From assembly GCF_001194135.2 (NCBI RefSeq), contig NC_068988.1:14247780-14284712 (forward strand): a stretch of DNA of 36,933 nucleotides. The letters are read 5' to 3'. A program made the position numbers and the translations under genes. The notes below the pieces were generated by a model. That model did no database searches and had not been told where the DNA came from. It was given only the letters and a program-made list of their open reading frames with translations. This DNA is from Octopus bimaculoides (Eukaryota). The first letter of the stretch is position 1, and every line of letters starts with the position of its first letter. Below are positions 1 through 9,556 of this stretch, one piece after another.

Positions 1-65
<65 letters not shown>

Positions 66-96
66 CTATAAACTTATGTGTATGTATATATAAAAT

Positions 97-128
<32 letters not shown>

Positions 129-410
129 TACATGTATCATCAGACATTTTTTTCCTTGAAAAAGGACAAGAAAATATCAGTAGGTGTTATTTAATAAAAA
201 AAAAGAATGCTTTATATGAGTGACGTTTAATTTGTTTACTAAGTTTCTCCATTTTTCTCTCATGTCAAGTCAACTGAATAGTGATCAGAACAGCTTATTC
301 ACACATACATACATACATACATACATACATACATACATACATACATACAGACAGACAGACAGACAGACAGACAGGCAGACTGACATACATACACACACAT
401 ACACACATAG
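1..410. repeat. Compound microsatellites (TA)n, (TG)n, (TATG)n, (ATAC)n, (AGAC)n
   Basis: Directly visible simple repeats at 1-130 and 300-410. Confidence 0.95.
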
Positions 411-2222
411 ATACATAACACGAAGGTGTTTGCACGTGTCTGTGTGTACCTACACATACATATAAATAGATAAATGTACACATATGCATGCGCATACACA
501 CATGCGTGCAAAATACTTGCGTGTATACTGTGAGGTTTGTAAGTAATTGTATATCTTCCTGGTTGGGTGAATGCCTGTTTGAAAGTAATTTGTTAATTTT
601 GTTTGTATATATATATATATATATACAAAATATTTGGCACCACTTCAGTATCTTTTACAGCTAACTTCCCAATCCTAACCACTTCCCTCCCACTCTTACC
701 GTCGAAGAACTATTTCCAACATTGGTGGTCAGCCTTGGGATAAAGTATCAGCCATCTGCTATTTCTTTTCCCTTATTTATTTATCTATATGTATATATTC
801 CCCAAACTCTTTCGAGAAACATGCCCTCACTATAAAGACTACTATATATCTACTCTAGTGCTTCTACCATTCTGTCATTTCCTCAATCTTTAGTATAATA
901 ATTCCTACTCAATCATAAATCGTTCTTCATTCAGACATGGAAGTGGTAATTCTACAATTCCTTGCTAAGGATTACTATCGGACATTTTCCTTTGGAACTG
1001 CTGATTGACCTTACCTACAACTTTATAACTATAATATTTCTGCGATCGATCATGGAACTGTATAACGTATATCTATTTCAATCCGATTCTTCCTTTTTTT
1101 TTTTTTTGACAAATTGGAAAATACTAATATCCTCGATTGGGGATATTTCTTCGTTTTTATATTTTTCTGACTTCTCCCTCTCTGATGACGAAATATCTAG
1201 CTTATGGAATCCTTACTCAATATCACGATCCATATGCTTGGCTATTCTAGAAACAGATGTAAGGGATTCTCTCTGTTTATATTCTTTAGGTAAATTAAGT
1301 GTTTCTTTCGAGTGATGAGAAATATTTTACTTTTATTTTAATCTATATCCACCTGATAAATGATAAACTACCTCTATCCACCTGCGATAGGAATTCGCAA
1401 CACTACATTTTTCAGTTGCAGTTCAAGCTGGAGTTTTAGTGGTAAATCAAACTGAGCACTCATAGTACATACCTATCACATTACTTCAGTTGATGAAAAC
1501 TCCTTATATTATATTATATTACATTATATCATATTTATATATATTATTATATGCATGTATGCGTGCTGACGTTACTTAATGGTTGCGTATGCTTAAACGC
1601 GCTTCAATATTGTGTATGCGTAAACATACATCCTTGTCTGTGTTAAATAATTGCATTCCAGCTGTCGATTATTTCCTGTTGAGTCTTCCATAGATTTTAC
1701 TTAAGTCGTATTCAAAAAACCAGTGTTGTTCTCTAGGAACAGAAATGACGTATTGGACACCTTCAGCAAGACAATGCTGTAACTATAATGCCGAAAATGG
1801 TTTTAAGAGTTGCGTGCAGAAACCGTCACGCGACAAACAGCGAAGAGAATGGTTAGAGAGGTAGAAGCAGAAATAAAATAAAATAAATAGAAATACGTTC
1901 TCAAGAGAAAAGATTTGAAAGAAAATTGTGTAAGAAAAGAAGTGTACGTCGATAGAAAAATAAAGTAGTTCCATTAGCGATTCGATCTTAAAGTCGATAT
2001 ATGTACATATAACATTTTGAAAATATATATGTGTAACAAGAAATAATATAACCATGAGATGGTGGATTAAGAAGGGGAGAAATAAAGAATTTGAAGGAAA
2101 ATACAGAGGAAAAGAAGAAAATAATGAAAAGAGAAATGAAGTATAAGAGATGCACGTGTTATTTGTTTAAGAAAATAAGAGAACAATTAGAAAAACTCTA
2201 TTCTAATGTAGGTAAAGGGTAA

Positions 2223-2564
2223 CGGATATGAGATATTTTGGCGCAGCAGTTTTGGCACCGCTTGTTTGCCGTCACTGATTCGAAGCTCACTTATTTGACA
2301 TCAGACGTTTTAATGTTTCTTTCGTTCTCCCCCTACTTCTCTCCTGGTTTATTCGTATCAGCATCTAGTTATGTTTGTATGTGTGTGTACTGTATCTCTC
2401 CCTCACTACCTTTTTTAAAAATTTTTCTAACTGTGTATGTATATTCCTGCACACACCTGCACGCGTGTGTATTCACTTCCAGTTCCAAAATAAATAGAAA
2501 TATCCAGTGAGCCGTGCCAGATTTCCTCAGCGCCATATCTGAGGTGACCACTCGTCTCATTCTG
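2223..2564 (+). mobile_element. Putative non-autonomous DNA transposon (MITE/foldback-like), copy 1
   Basis: Shares blocks with the reverse complement of 30605-31022 (TTTTGGCACCGC, CTTATTTGACATC, AATGTTTCT.TCGTTC, GCATCTAGTTATGTTTG, AAT.TCCAGT...CGTGCCA). Imperfect inverted ends TGAGA.../...CGTCTCA. No ORF and no TSD resolved. Confidence 0.5.
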
Positions 2565-3015
2565 CAAACGTACTTATTATCATAGCAATTAGGTCGTCGG
2601 ATACAATTCGCTGCACAATTATTTCCGGTTCTCTCAAATCCGCGCTAGTCAAATTAGTCTTTCATTATTTAGAAATAAATAAAAAGTGAAGTTCATTTTC
2701 CTCGTTATCGAGTACATTGTCCCGAGAGAGGTGGACAGACGTGAGTCTGCTTATGGCATCATTTTCCCCCGGAGAACGGGAAAGGATTGAGACATGGACT
2801 GCTAATTTCTTGCTTCTGTGTCTTTTCCATTTTTATTTTGTTTTTTACTTTCTCGGTGGTCAATGAAAAAGATAGAAATTGCCTACTAACATTCAAAATA
2901 CCTCAGCTATTTGCAGCAATCACGTAGAAATATGACTGCGAAACTCTCAACTGTTTGGAAAATTTCGCTTTGTGGAAAATTTCGCTTAAAATTCATGTGG
3001 ACGAAGTAACTAAAA

Positions 3016-3060
3016 AATATTCTTTTCTACTCGAGGTACAAAGCCCGAAGTTTTTGAGGA
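3016..3060 (-). mobile_element. SINE family A 3' tail fragment
   Basis: Minus strand reads ctcaaaaacttcgggctttgtacctcgagtagaaaagaatatt, matching the tails at 9025-9066 and 26870-26910. Confidence 0.75.
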
Positions 3061-3062
3061 GA

Positions 3063-3734
3063 TTACATAGACAGTATTTTACGTAGGATATGGGCAATTC
3101 CCATGAGTACTATCCTTTGAATTTCTGGCATACTGGGGTTTCCTGGTATCTGAGCTAGGTAGGAATCAAGCCCTTTTGCTATCATTCCTAGGGCACCTAT
3201 GACAACACAGGTATTGTTTTAGTCTTCAGGTTCCACATTTTGCTAATTTCTATTTCAAGGTCTTTATACTTGTCAGTTTTTGGTAGGTCTTGACAGATAC
3301 ATTTATATCGATTGGGACAATCATATCAATGAGAAGGCATGATTTTTGTCTGAAGTCTTCCAATATGACGTTTGGCCTATTTGCGTCTATCTTTCTGTCA
3401 GTGTGAATGGTGAAGTTCCAGAGGAGTGATCATTTTCAAGCACTGGAGGTGGTTTGTGTTCCCACCAATTCTTTTGTGGGACAGGTCCAGGTTTTTGAAA
3501 ATTACCCAGTGAATATATTGTGCTGCTCTATCATGCCTGTTGAGATACTCTATAGGCGCAAGAAAACTGCACATGGAGACAACATGATCAATGGTCTCAT
3601 TTTGTTGTTGACATACACGACATATTGGGGAGCAGCCGTTCTTTAATATGTTGGCCTGGTAGTTCTTTGTAGGTAGGTATTGATCTTGGGCTGCTATGAT
3701 AAACCCTTCTGTTTCTGATGTTAAGCCAGAAGCC

Positions 3735-3736
<2 letters not shown>
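3063..3736 (-). mobile_element. 5'-truncated R4/Dong-clade RLE non-LTR retrotransposon, decayed C-terminal ORF
   Basis: Manual translation across frameshifts gives ETEGFIIAAQDQ, CCHC knuckle CRVCQQQNETIDHVVSMC, RHDRAAQYIHW, WWEHKP..VLEN..WNFTIHTDRKIDANRPNV (PD motif changed to PN), LIDMIVP, KYKDLEIEI.KMWNLKT...VVIGALG and AHILRKILSM*. This motif order is typical of restriction-like-endonuclease LINEs. Confidence 0.9.

Positions 3737-3801
<65 letters not shown>
3737..3801. repeat. (ATT)n/(TAA)n microsatellite
   Basis: Perfect trinucleotide run between two retroelement ends. Confidence 0.97.
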
Positions 3802-3919
3802 GAGTGAGTAAGTGAGAGAGCAACGCATGCCTTCAAAGTGACACTGGGGTACAAATATACGAAACCCAATATACCCATCACGAATACCCGTCTGATAAGG
3901 GTACACCAGGTACACGCAT
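3802..3919 (-). mobile_element. Unclassified interspersed repeat whose end abuts (TAA)n, copy 1 (truncated)
   Basis: Homologous to 28317-28497 (GAGAGAGCA.CGCATG.C.TCAAAGTGACACTGG.GTA...TAAGGGTACACCAGG). Both copies join a (ATT)n run at the same end. Strand inferred by treating (TAA)n as the 3' side. Confidence 0.7.
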
Positions 3920-4223
3920 AGTGTTTGTGTTGTATTGTATGTGTAATGCGAGTTGTGTTCTTCCGTTGGGTATCCGTCTTGTAGAATACAACTTGTAGGG
4001 GTAATTTATTTTATTGGGTATTTACTATATGGTGTATGCCTTATGTTTGTGGATTCTTTTATTTGAGTTATACTATTAAATTTATAGCATCTTGCATAGG
4101 ATATGGGCTTTTTCTAGCAGGGCTATTTTTGGGATAGTGTGTAGTGTTGAGCTTTCCAGGTATAGCTTCTACGTTTTTGTTCATACTCGTTTTAATCATA
4201 CGCAATGCTCCAACTATCATTAT
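3920..4223 (-). mobile_element. Second 5'-truncated R4/Dong-type fragment (C-terminus plus probable 3' UTR)
   Basis: Minus-strand translation IVGALRMIKTSMNKNVEAIPGK..(frameshift)QKIALLEKAHILCKML* with the stop at 4082-4084. It is paralogous to the C-terminus of 3063-3736. Confidence 0.75.
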
Positions 4224-4263
4224 ATCATCATCATCATCATCATCATCATCATTATTATTATTA

Positions 4264-4309
<46 letters not shown>
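4224..4309. repeat. (ATC)n/(ATT)n microsatellite
   Basis: Directly visible. Confidence 0.95.
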
Positions 4310-4310
<1 letters not shown>

Positions 4311-4674
4311 TTGATGTGTTGTTTGAAGACAGGAGAGGCATTTAGACTCGGAAATATTTTTCTTGAAATTTCTATTTTATCAGTCATTTTTTCGATAAAC
4401 ATTGTAAATTTCTTTTACAGCTACAACTTTCTTTACAACGGCTTAACGTTTGTTGTTTGCTTACGTCATTTGCCTGATTATGTTTTCTTTCTCTTTTGTA
4501 AATATATGCCAAAAGAAGCTGCATTGATTAGCATAGCAGGTGGTGACAGACTATAAAAGATACTAATGATAATATGTTTACAGAAACACAAGCGTAAATA
4601 TGTCTGACCACGAAGTACGAAATTCTTAGTATATGTGTGCACCCGAGTGATCGTGTGGTTTAATGTATTTGTGA

Positions 4675-4735
<61 letters not shown>

Positions 4736-5094
4736 GATAGATAGATTATACATACGTACATACTTACATATGCATGCATAATACGTACATACATACATAT
4801 GTATATACATGTGTTCATATATACATGTGTGTGTCCCAGAATTGTTGATAACGAAGGTATGTTTCATTTATTGAAATACTATTGTATTTATCTAGAAAAG
4901 ATTTTTTTTTCTTGTAAACGAAATTGTTTTCCAATATATGTTTAACACTCTGATGCCTATTGTACTGTATTGCTGACTGGCGTTCAATTTCTATAATACA
5001 TTTCATAATTTAAGAATTTCTTACTCAAGTATGTTAAGTAAGAACACAGAATTAAGTACATCTAAAAACTACTTTAATTCATTTGAAATTAACT

Positions 5095-5312
5095 TTGGTT
5101 TCAATTTTTGGGGCACAAGCCCTGCATTTTCAGGTCACGTATTAAGTCTATTATATCGACCCCAGTGCTCAACTAGTACTTATTTTATCGACCTCGAAAA
5201 GATGAAAGGCAAAGTCGATCCCGGCGGAATTTGAACTCAGAACGTAAAGACGGACGAAATGCCGCTAAGCCTTTTTTCCTCGGCGTGCTAACGATTCTGC
5301 CAACACGCCGCC
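5095..5312 (-). mobile_element. tRNA-derived SINE family A, full-length diverged copy
   Basis: Minus strand has an A-box-like head GGCGGCGTGTTGGCAGAATCGTTAG, a B-box GAGTTCAAATTCC and the body GACTTTGCCTTTCATC. Confidence 0.85.
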
Positions 5313-5491
5313 CTGTTTGAAGCTATTATTGAGAATAATAATATATTATCTTCTAATCTTTAGAATATTTAATTCTTGAAATATTTTGAAAAATGAGCAG
5401 ACACTGGAGTGCCCGGGGAGTAAATAACCAGTGGGAATAAAATCATTCTTAAGGTATAAGGAACCTGTGTACACTGAGGATACTCAGACGT

Positions 5492-5697
5492 ATTGGTTTC
5501 AAATTGTTACACACGGCCAGCAATTTCGGGCAGGTGATGAGCAGATTAGATCGATTCCAGTGTTCAATCGATGCTTATTTTATCGAATCCGGAAGGATGA
5601 AAGATAAAATCGACCCCGGCAAAATTTCAACTCAAAACGTAAGGACGGACGAAATACCGCTAAGCATTTCGTCCGGCGTGATAAAGATTCTACCAGG
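5492..5697 (-). mobile_element. SINE family A copy
   Basis: Colinear with 5095-5312 (GGATGAAAG..AAA.TCGACC, AACTCA.AACGTAA, GAAATACCGCTAAGCATTTC). Confidence 0.8.
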
Positions 5698-5750
5698 TTT
5701 CTTCCTTAAGACAGACATCAAATATCGTTCCTATAACAGACATAATTCTG

Positions 5751-5866
5751 TTTTACTTTTTTCTTTGTTTCAGTCATATAACTGCGGCCATGCAGGGGCA
5801 CCGCCTTTAGTCGAACAGATCGACCCCAGGACTTATTCTTTGTAAGCCTAGTACTCATTCTATTGG
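5751..5866 (-). mobile_element. SINE family B 3' tail
   Basis: Reverse complement of the tail at 32162-32260 (CTTACAAAGAATAAGTCCTGGGGTCGA...GGCGGTGC..CATGGCCGCAG..TGACTGAAAC). Confidence 0.85.
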
Positions 5867-5873
5867 TTGTCTT

Positions 5874-6443
5874 TTTCTTTATTGCCCACAAGGTGCTAAA
5901 CATAGAGGGGACAAACAAGAACAAAGGAATTAAGTCGATTAGATCGACCCCAGTGCGTAACTCGTACTTAATTTATCGACTCCGAAAGGATGAAAGGCAA
6001 AGTCGACCTCGGCGGAATTTGAACTCAGAACGTAGCAGCAGACGAAATACCCATTTCTTTACTGCCCACAAGGGGCTACACACAGAGGGCACAAACAAGG
6101 ACAGACAAACGGATTAAGTCGATTATATCGACCCCAGTGCGTAACTGGTACTTAATTTATCGACTCCGAAAGGATGAAAGGCAAAGTCGACCTCGGCGGA
6201 ATTTGAACTCAGAANNNNNNNNNNNNNNNNNNNNNNNNNNNNNNNNNNNNNNNNNNNNNNNNNNNNNNNNNNAATTAAGTCGATTAGATCGACCCCAGTG
6301 CGTAACTCGTACTTAATTTATCGACTCCGAAAGGATGAAAGGCAAAGTCGACCTCGGCGGAATTTGAACTCAGAACGTAGCAGCAGACGAAATACCGCTA
6401 AGCATTTCACCCGGCGTGCTAACGTTTCTGCCAGCTCACCGCC
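5874..6443 (-). mobile_element. Tandem array of about three SINE family A units (A2 tail) spanning an N-gap
   Basis: Near-identical cores at ~5927-6049, ~6112-6214 and 6273-6389. A complete tRNA-like head is present only on the last unit. Gap at 6215-6272. Confidence 0.9.
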
Positions 6444-6474
6444 TTATTCACACTGGAATATTGATAGAAAGGTG

Positions 6475-6837
6475 GAGGCGCAATGACCCAGTGTTTAGGT
6501 CGTACGATCGCGGTTTCGATTCCCAGACCGGGTGTTGTGAGTGATTATTGAGCGAAAACACCTAAAGCTCCACGAGGCTCCGGCAGAGGTGGTGGCGAAC
6601 CCTTCTGTACTCTTTCACCACAACTTTCTCTCACTCTGTCTTCCAGTTTCTGTTGTACATGTATTTCGAAGGGCCAGATTTGTCACACTCTGTGTCACGC
6701 TGAATCTCCCCGATAATTACGTTAAGGGTTCACGTGTCTGTGGAGTTCTCAGCCTCTCACTTGCACGTTAATTTCACGAGCAGGCTGTTCCGTTGATCGG
6801 ATCAACTGGAACCCTCGTCGTAACCGACGGAGTGCCA
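6475..6837 (+). mobile_element. SINE family C, variant 5' half
   Basis: Head GAGGCGCAATGACCCAGTG...GGTTTCGATTCCCAG. The 3' half (TATTTC.AAGG.CCAG...GATCAACTGGAACCC..GTAACCGACGGAGTGCCA) is shared with 30153-30469 and 14366-14660. Confidence 0.8.
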
Positions 6838-7535
6838 CGATTGACAGAAATACTTTGAACTGATAACGTATTCAAGAACAGTTGTCTTTCTAGTTTCGTA
6901 ATTTAACATTACTCAATCCCCGTAATAAGTTCAATATATTACCGGTGCTGAAAATATGGGACCCTCACTTCAGTATTTCTCTAAGGGACATTAGAAGCAT
7001 AATAAATATGGGATGGGAAGATGAATAAAACGACGATTTGAAACATGAAAAGGTATAATGTTCCTACAGCCCCTTTCACTACAACTCCTTGGCCAATCAT
7101 TCGAGGTGCATCTGACATATAATAATTTACTGAACTGTTACTTTGTATTTATAAATATATATTTGTGTGCGTATGTGACTGCGTGTGTACATGCGTATAT
7201 TTTTGTGTGTGGGTATGAATTCAGGCTCATGCATTTAAAAAAATATGCATTCCGATGTATAACTTGAGGCATAAAATCTTAACGTACTCCACAAGTATTT
7301 AATAACATTTTCAACATTCAGGGCCATGAGATTAGTCTACATGAATATTACAGAACAGACTTAAACAACCCAGGAATCTCACACATAAATAAACAGAATG
7401 AAAATATGTATGTAATAAATTACCTCGCTTATTTATTCATTTATTCGACGCTACAGCATCCCTCCATCGCTATTCTAAATTTTTCCATTATTTACAGTAG
7501 CAGAGAGATTCAAATAAATGCATAAACTTCATATA

Positions 7536-8209
7536 TTGGGTTATCCCATAAATAATGCGGTTCTTTTCAATTGCATGAGCTAAAAGTCGGAGGAGGACGG
7601 GATAAACTAACTGCATCGACTTGCTATAAATGCAGATAGTAATTTTACCTTGTCCTTACTCTTAGTGCAAGTTGTGAAGTAGTTCGATTTTAACAGTTAT
7701 ATTTTCAAAGCTATAATGGAAGTGAGAAAGGAGCATATTCGGCATATTTTGCTTTATGTGTTCAACAAAGGCAACAATGCAACGGAAAGTGCGAGGAATA
7801 TTAATGCAGTATATGGGGATCGGACAACAAGTGTAAGCCAGTGTCAACGGTGGTTCCAGAAATTCCGAGCCAGATAGTATAGCTTAGAAGACGAGCTGCG
7901 TCCTGGAAGATATGTAGAGCTCGACGAGGACGTCCTGCAAACCCTGGTGGAACAAAACACCATCGTAACTGTTAAGGAACTAACAGAGGAGCTTGGGTTT
8001 GGTCATTCAACCATTCGTCGACATCTGTGTGTTATCGGAAAAGTCAGCAAATTCGGTCAATTGGTTCCTCACAAACTTTCCGAGTCTAATCGCGCGCAGA
8101 GCGTGAATGTGTGCCCTTCTTTGTTGTCAGGTCTCACGAATGAACCTTTTTTTTTTAGACCGAATAGTGACTGGCGACGAGAAATGAGTTCTCTATAAAA
8201 ATGTCAAGC
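7536..8209 (+). mobile_element. Tc1/mariner DNA transposon, 5' half only
   Basis: TA followed by a mariner-like TIR TTGGGTTATCCCATAAATAATGCGGTTCTT, then the transposase N-terminus. No right TIR found. Confidence 0.88.
7716..8209 (+). pseudogene. Mariner transposase pseudogene (HTH DNA-binding domain to first catalytic Asp)
   Basis: MEVRKEHIRHILLYVFNKGNNATESARNINAVYG...QRWFQKFR, TAG at 7875-7877, SLEDELRPGR, LVPHKL (WVPHEL motif), a frameshift in the T-run near 8150, then DRIVTGDEK* (TGDEKW motif with W mutated to TGA). Confidence 0.9.
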
Positions 8210-8774
8210 TTCAAGGTTGTACTAAATCTTTTCAGTTGTATTGAATCTCCTTTTCTCATTTATTTTTCACTTGTGAGATATGTCATGTGCTCGATTATTT
8301 ATAATTACTTCTGTTCGTTGAGACCCTTTGTCAATTAACCTTCTATGAGGATAAGCAACATTCACGGGAGACTCAATGTCACAGAGTTAATCTAATTACT
8401 TGATATTTAGTTAACAAGATATTCCAAAACTGGAAGAAAAGAAATTAATCCATTGTTATACGTACCGCTTGCTTCGGCGCGTTTCTTCAGTCAGATCAAT
8501 TTTATTTATTTTAACCACGTGACTGGCTGTTAAATGTGAACAAGCTACAAGAAACTTTGCTTGTTGGCCCTGCTTACGAAATGGAATCACACAGAAACAA
8601 TATTTTGCTCAAGCAAAGAAATGTAAAGCCGAGTTGTAGCCGCCATATTTGCTTTAATGTAGTGTGTAAAAAATATACTTCACGTTCTGTGTCTCACTAA
8701 AAACTACTTTGTAGATCTAAATTATTTATAACCACTTATACTTTGAGAACTTTTGTCAGTTATACGTCAATTCA

Positions 8775-8894
8775 GATGATTTAAAATGCAATATTTCGGT
8801 TTTATAACCAGATAATTATTACCCCTAAGAACTTAATTTTACGTTGGTTATTTTAAGAAATATTCACAGTGTCGTCGTATTGACAGCTGGACGT
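8775..8894 (+). repeat. 120-bp segment duplicated at 9612-9731
   Basis: Ungapped manual alignment gives about 18 mismatches in 120 nt. Confidence 0.9.
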
Positions 8895-8938
8895 ATGTTC
8901 GCACGATTAATACAAAACCATTAATATTTCTACCACTG

Positions 8939-9060
8939 GAGGTCGACTTTGCCTTTCATTCTTTCAGGGTTAATAAATTAAGTACCAGTTGCGTACTGGG
9001 GTCGATTTAATCGAGTGGCTCCCTTCAAAAATTTCGGGCCTTGTGCCCAGAGTAGAAAAG
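8939..9060 (+). mobile_element. 5'-truncated SINE family A (A1 tail) with 16-bp TSD
   Basis: Starts at GAGGTCGACTTTGCC and ends AGTAGAAAAG. Flanked by aatatttctaccactg (8923-8938) and aatatttctaccgctg (9061-9076). Confidence 0.85.
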
Positions 9061-9556
9061 AATATTTCTACCGCTGTCTGACTCAGTCCTTTTAACTCTA
9101 TATGACCGACAAATATTGGTAACAGGACGCATGGAAGCTAACTAAATTTAAACGTACAGAACTTACATGATTTTACTCTGATTACGATTATTTGAGAGGT
9201 ATTTTGCTGAGTTCGTATGTGGCGTATTATGATATATATATATACACATACAGACACATATGTATGCACGTGAGTGATAAATCATGCATGAAGCTTCAAG
9301 TTAACAACTTAACAGACCATATCTCAAGTCAATTTAAACAAATTATACCTCAATAAAAATTTTAACGAAGCTCTCAGTATACATTATAAACATTAGAAAA
9401 GACTAAGTTAGCGATTAGCAAACTGCTATCACAGTAAAGAAGTCAGTACGATATGCTGCTGAAAATTTGTATATTTTAACTAAATTATTTCTTTACAAAG
9501 ATCTGTATTCTCAAACAAATGCAAAATCGAGGCGTTAATCGTTGAAAATATATATA

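Noticed and set aside
640-1320. Possible decayed retroelement coding sequence on the minus strand (FLEEFG..MADTLSQ resembling gypsy RNase H; NSSSTVRVGG resembling LINE RT), and ORF 962-1315 on the plus strand
   Set aside because: The two readings are mutually inconsistent, are broken by many stops and rest on short motifs. The plus-strand ORF looks like an antisense shadow. It needs a TBLASTX or HMM search.
2956-2987. Short direct repeat TGGAAAATTTCGCTT x2 (similar 10-15 bp doublets near 1345/1374, 16828/16878 and 28605-28627)
   Set aside because: Ordinary slippage duplications with no array structure or spacers, so not CRISPR-like.
3407-3646. Plus-strand ORF of 79 aa
   Set aside because: Antisense to the R4/Dong coding remnant.
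8515-8655. CACGTG E-box and GCCGCCATATTTG YY1-like motif
   Set aside because: Short motifs expected by chance or from old transposons, with no supporting promoter context.
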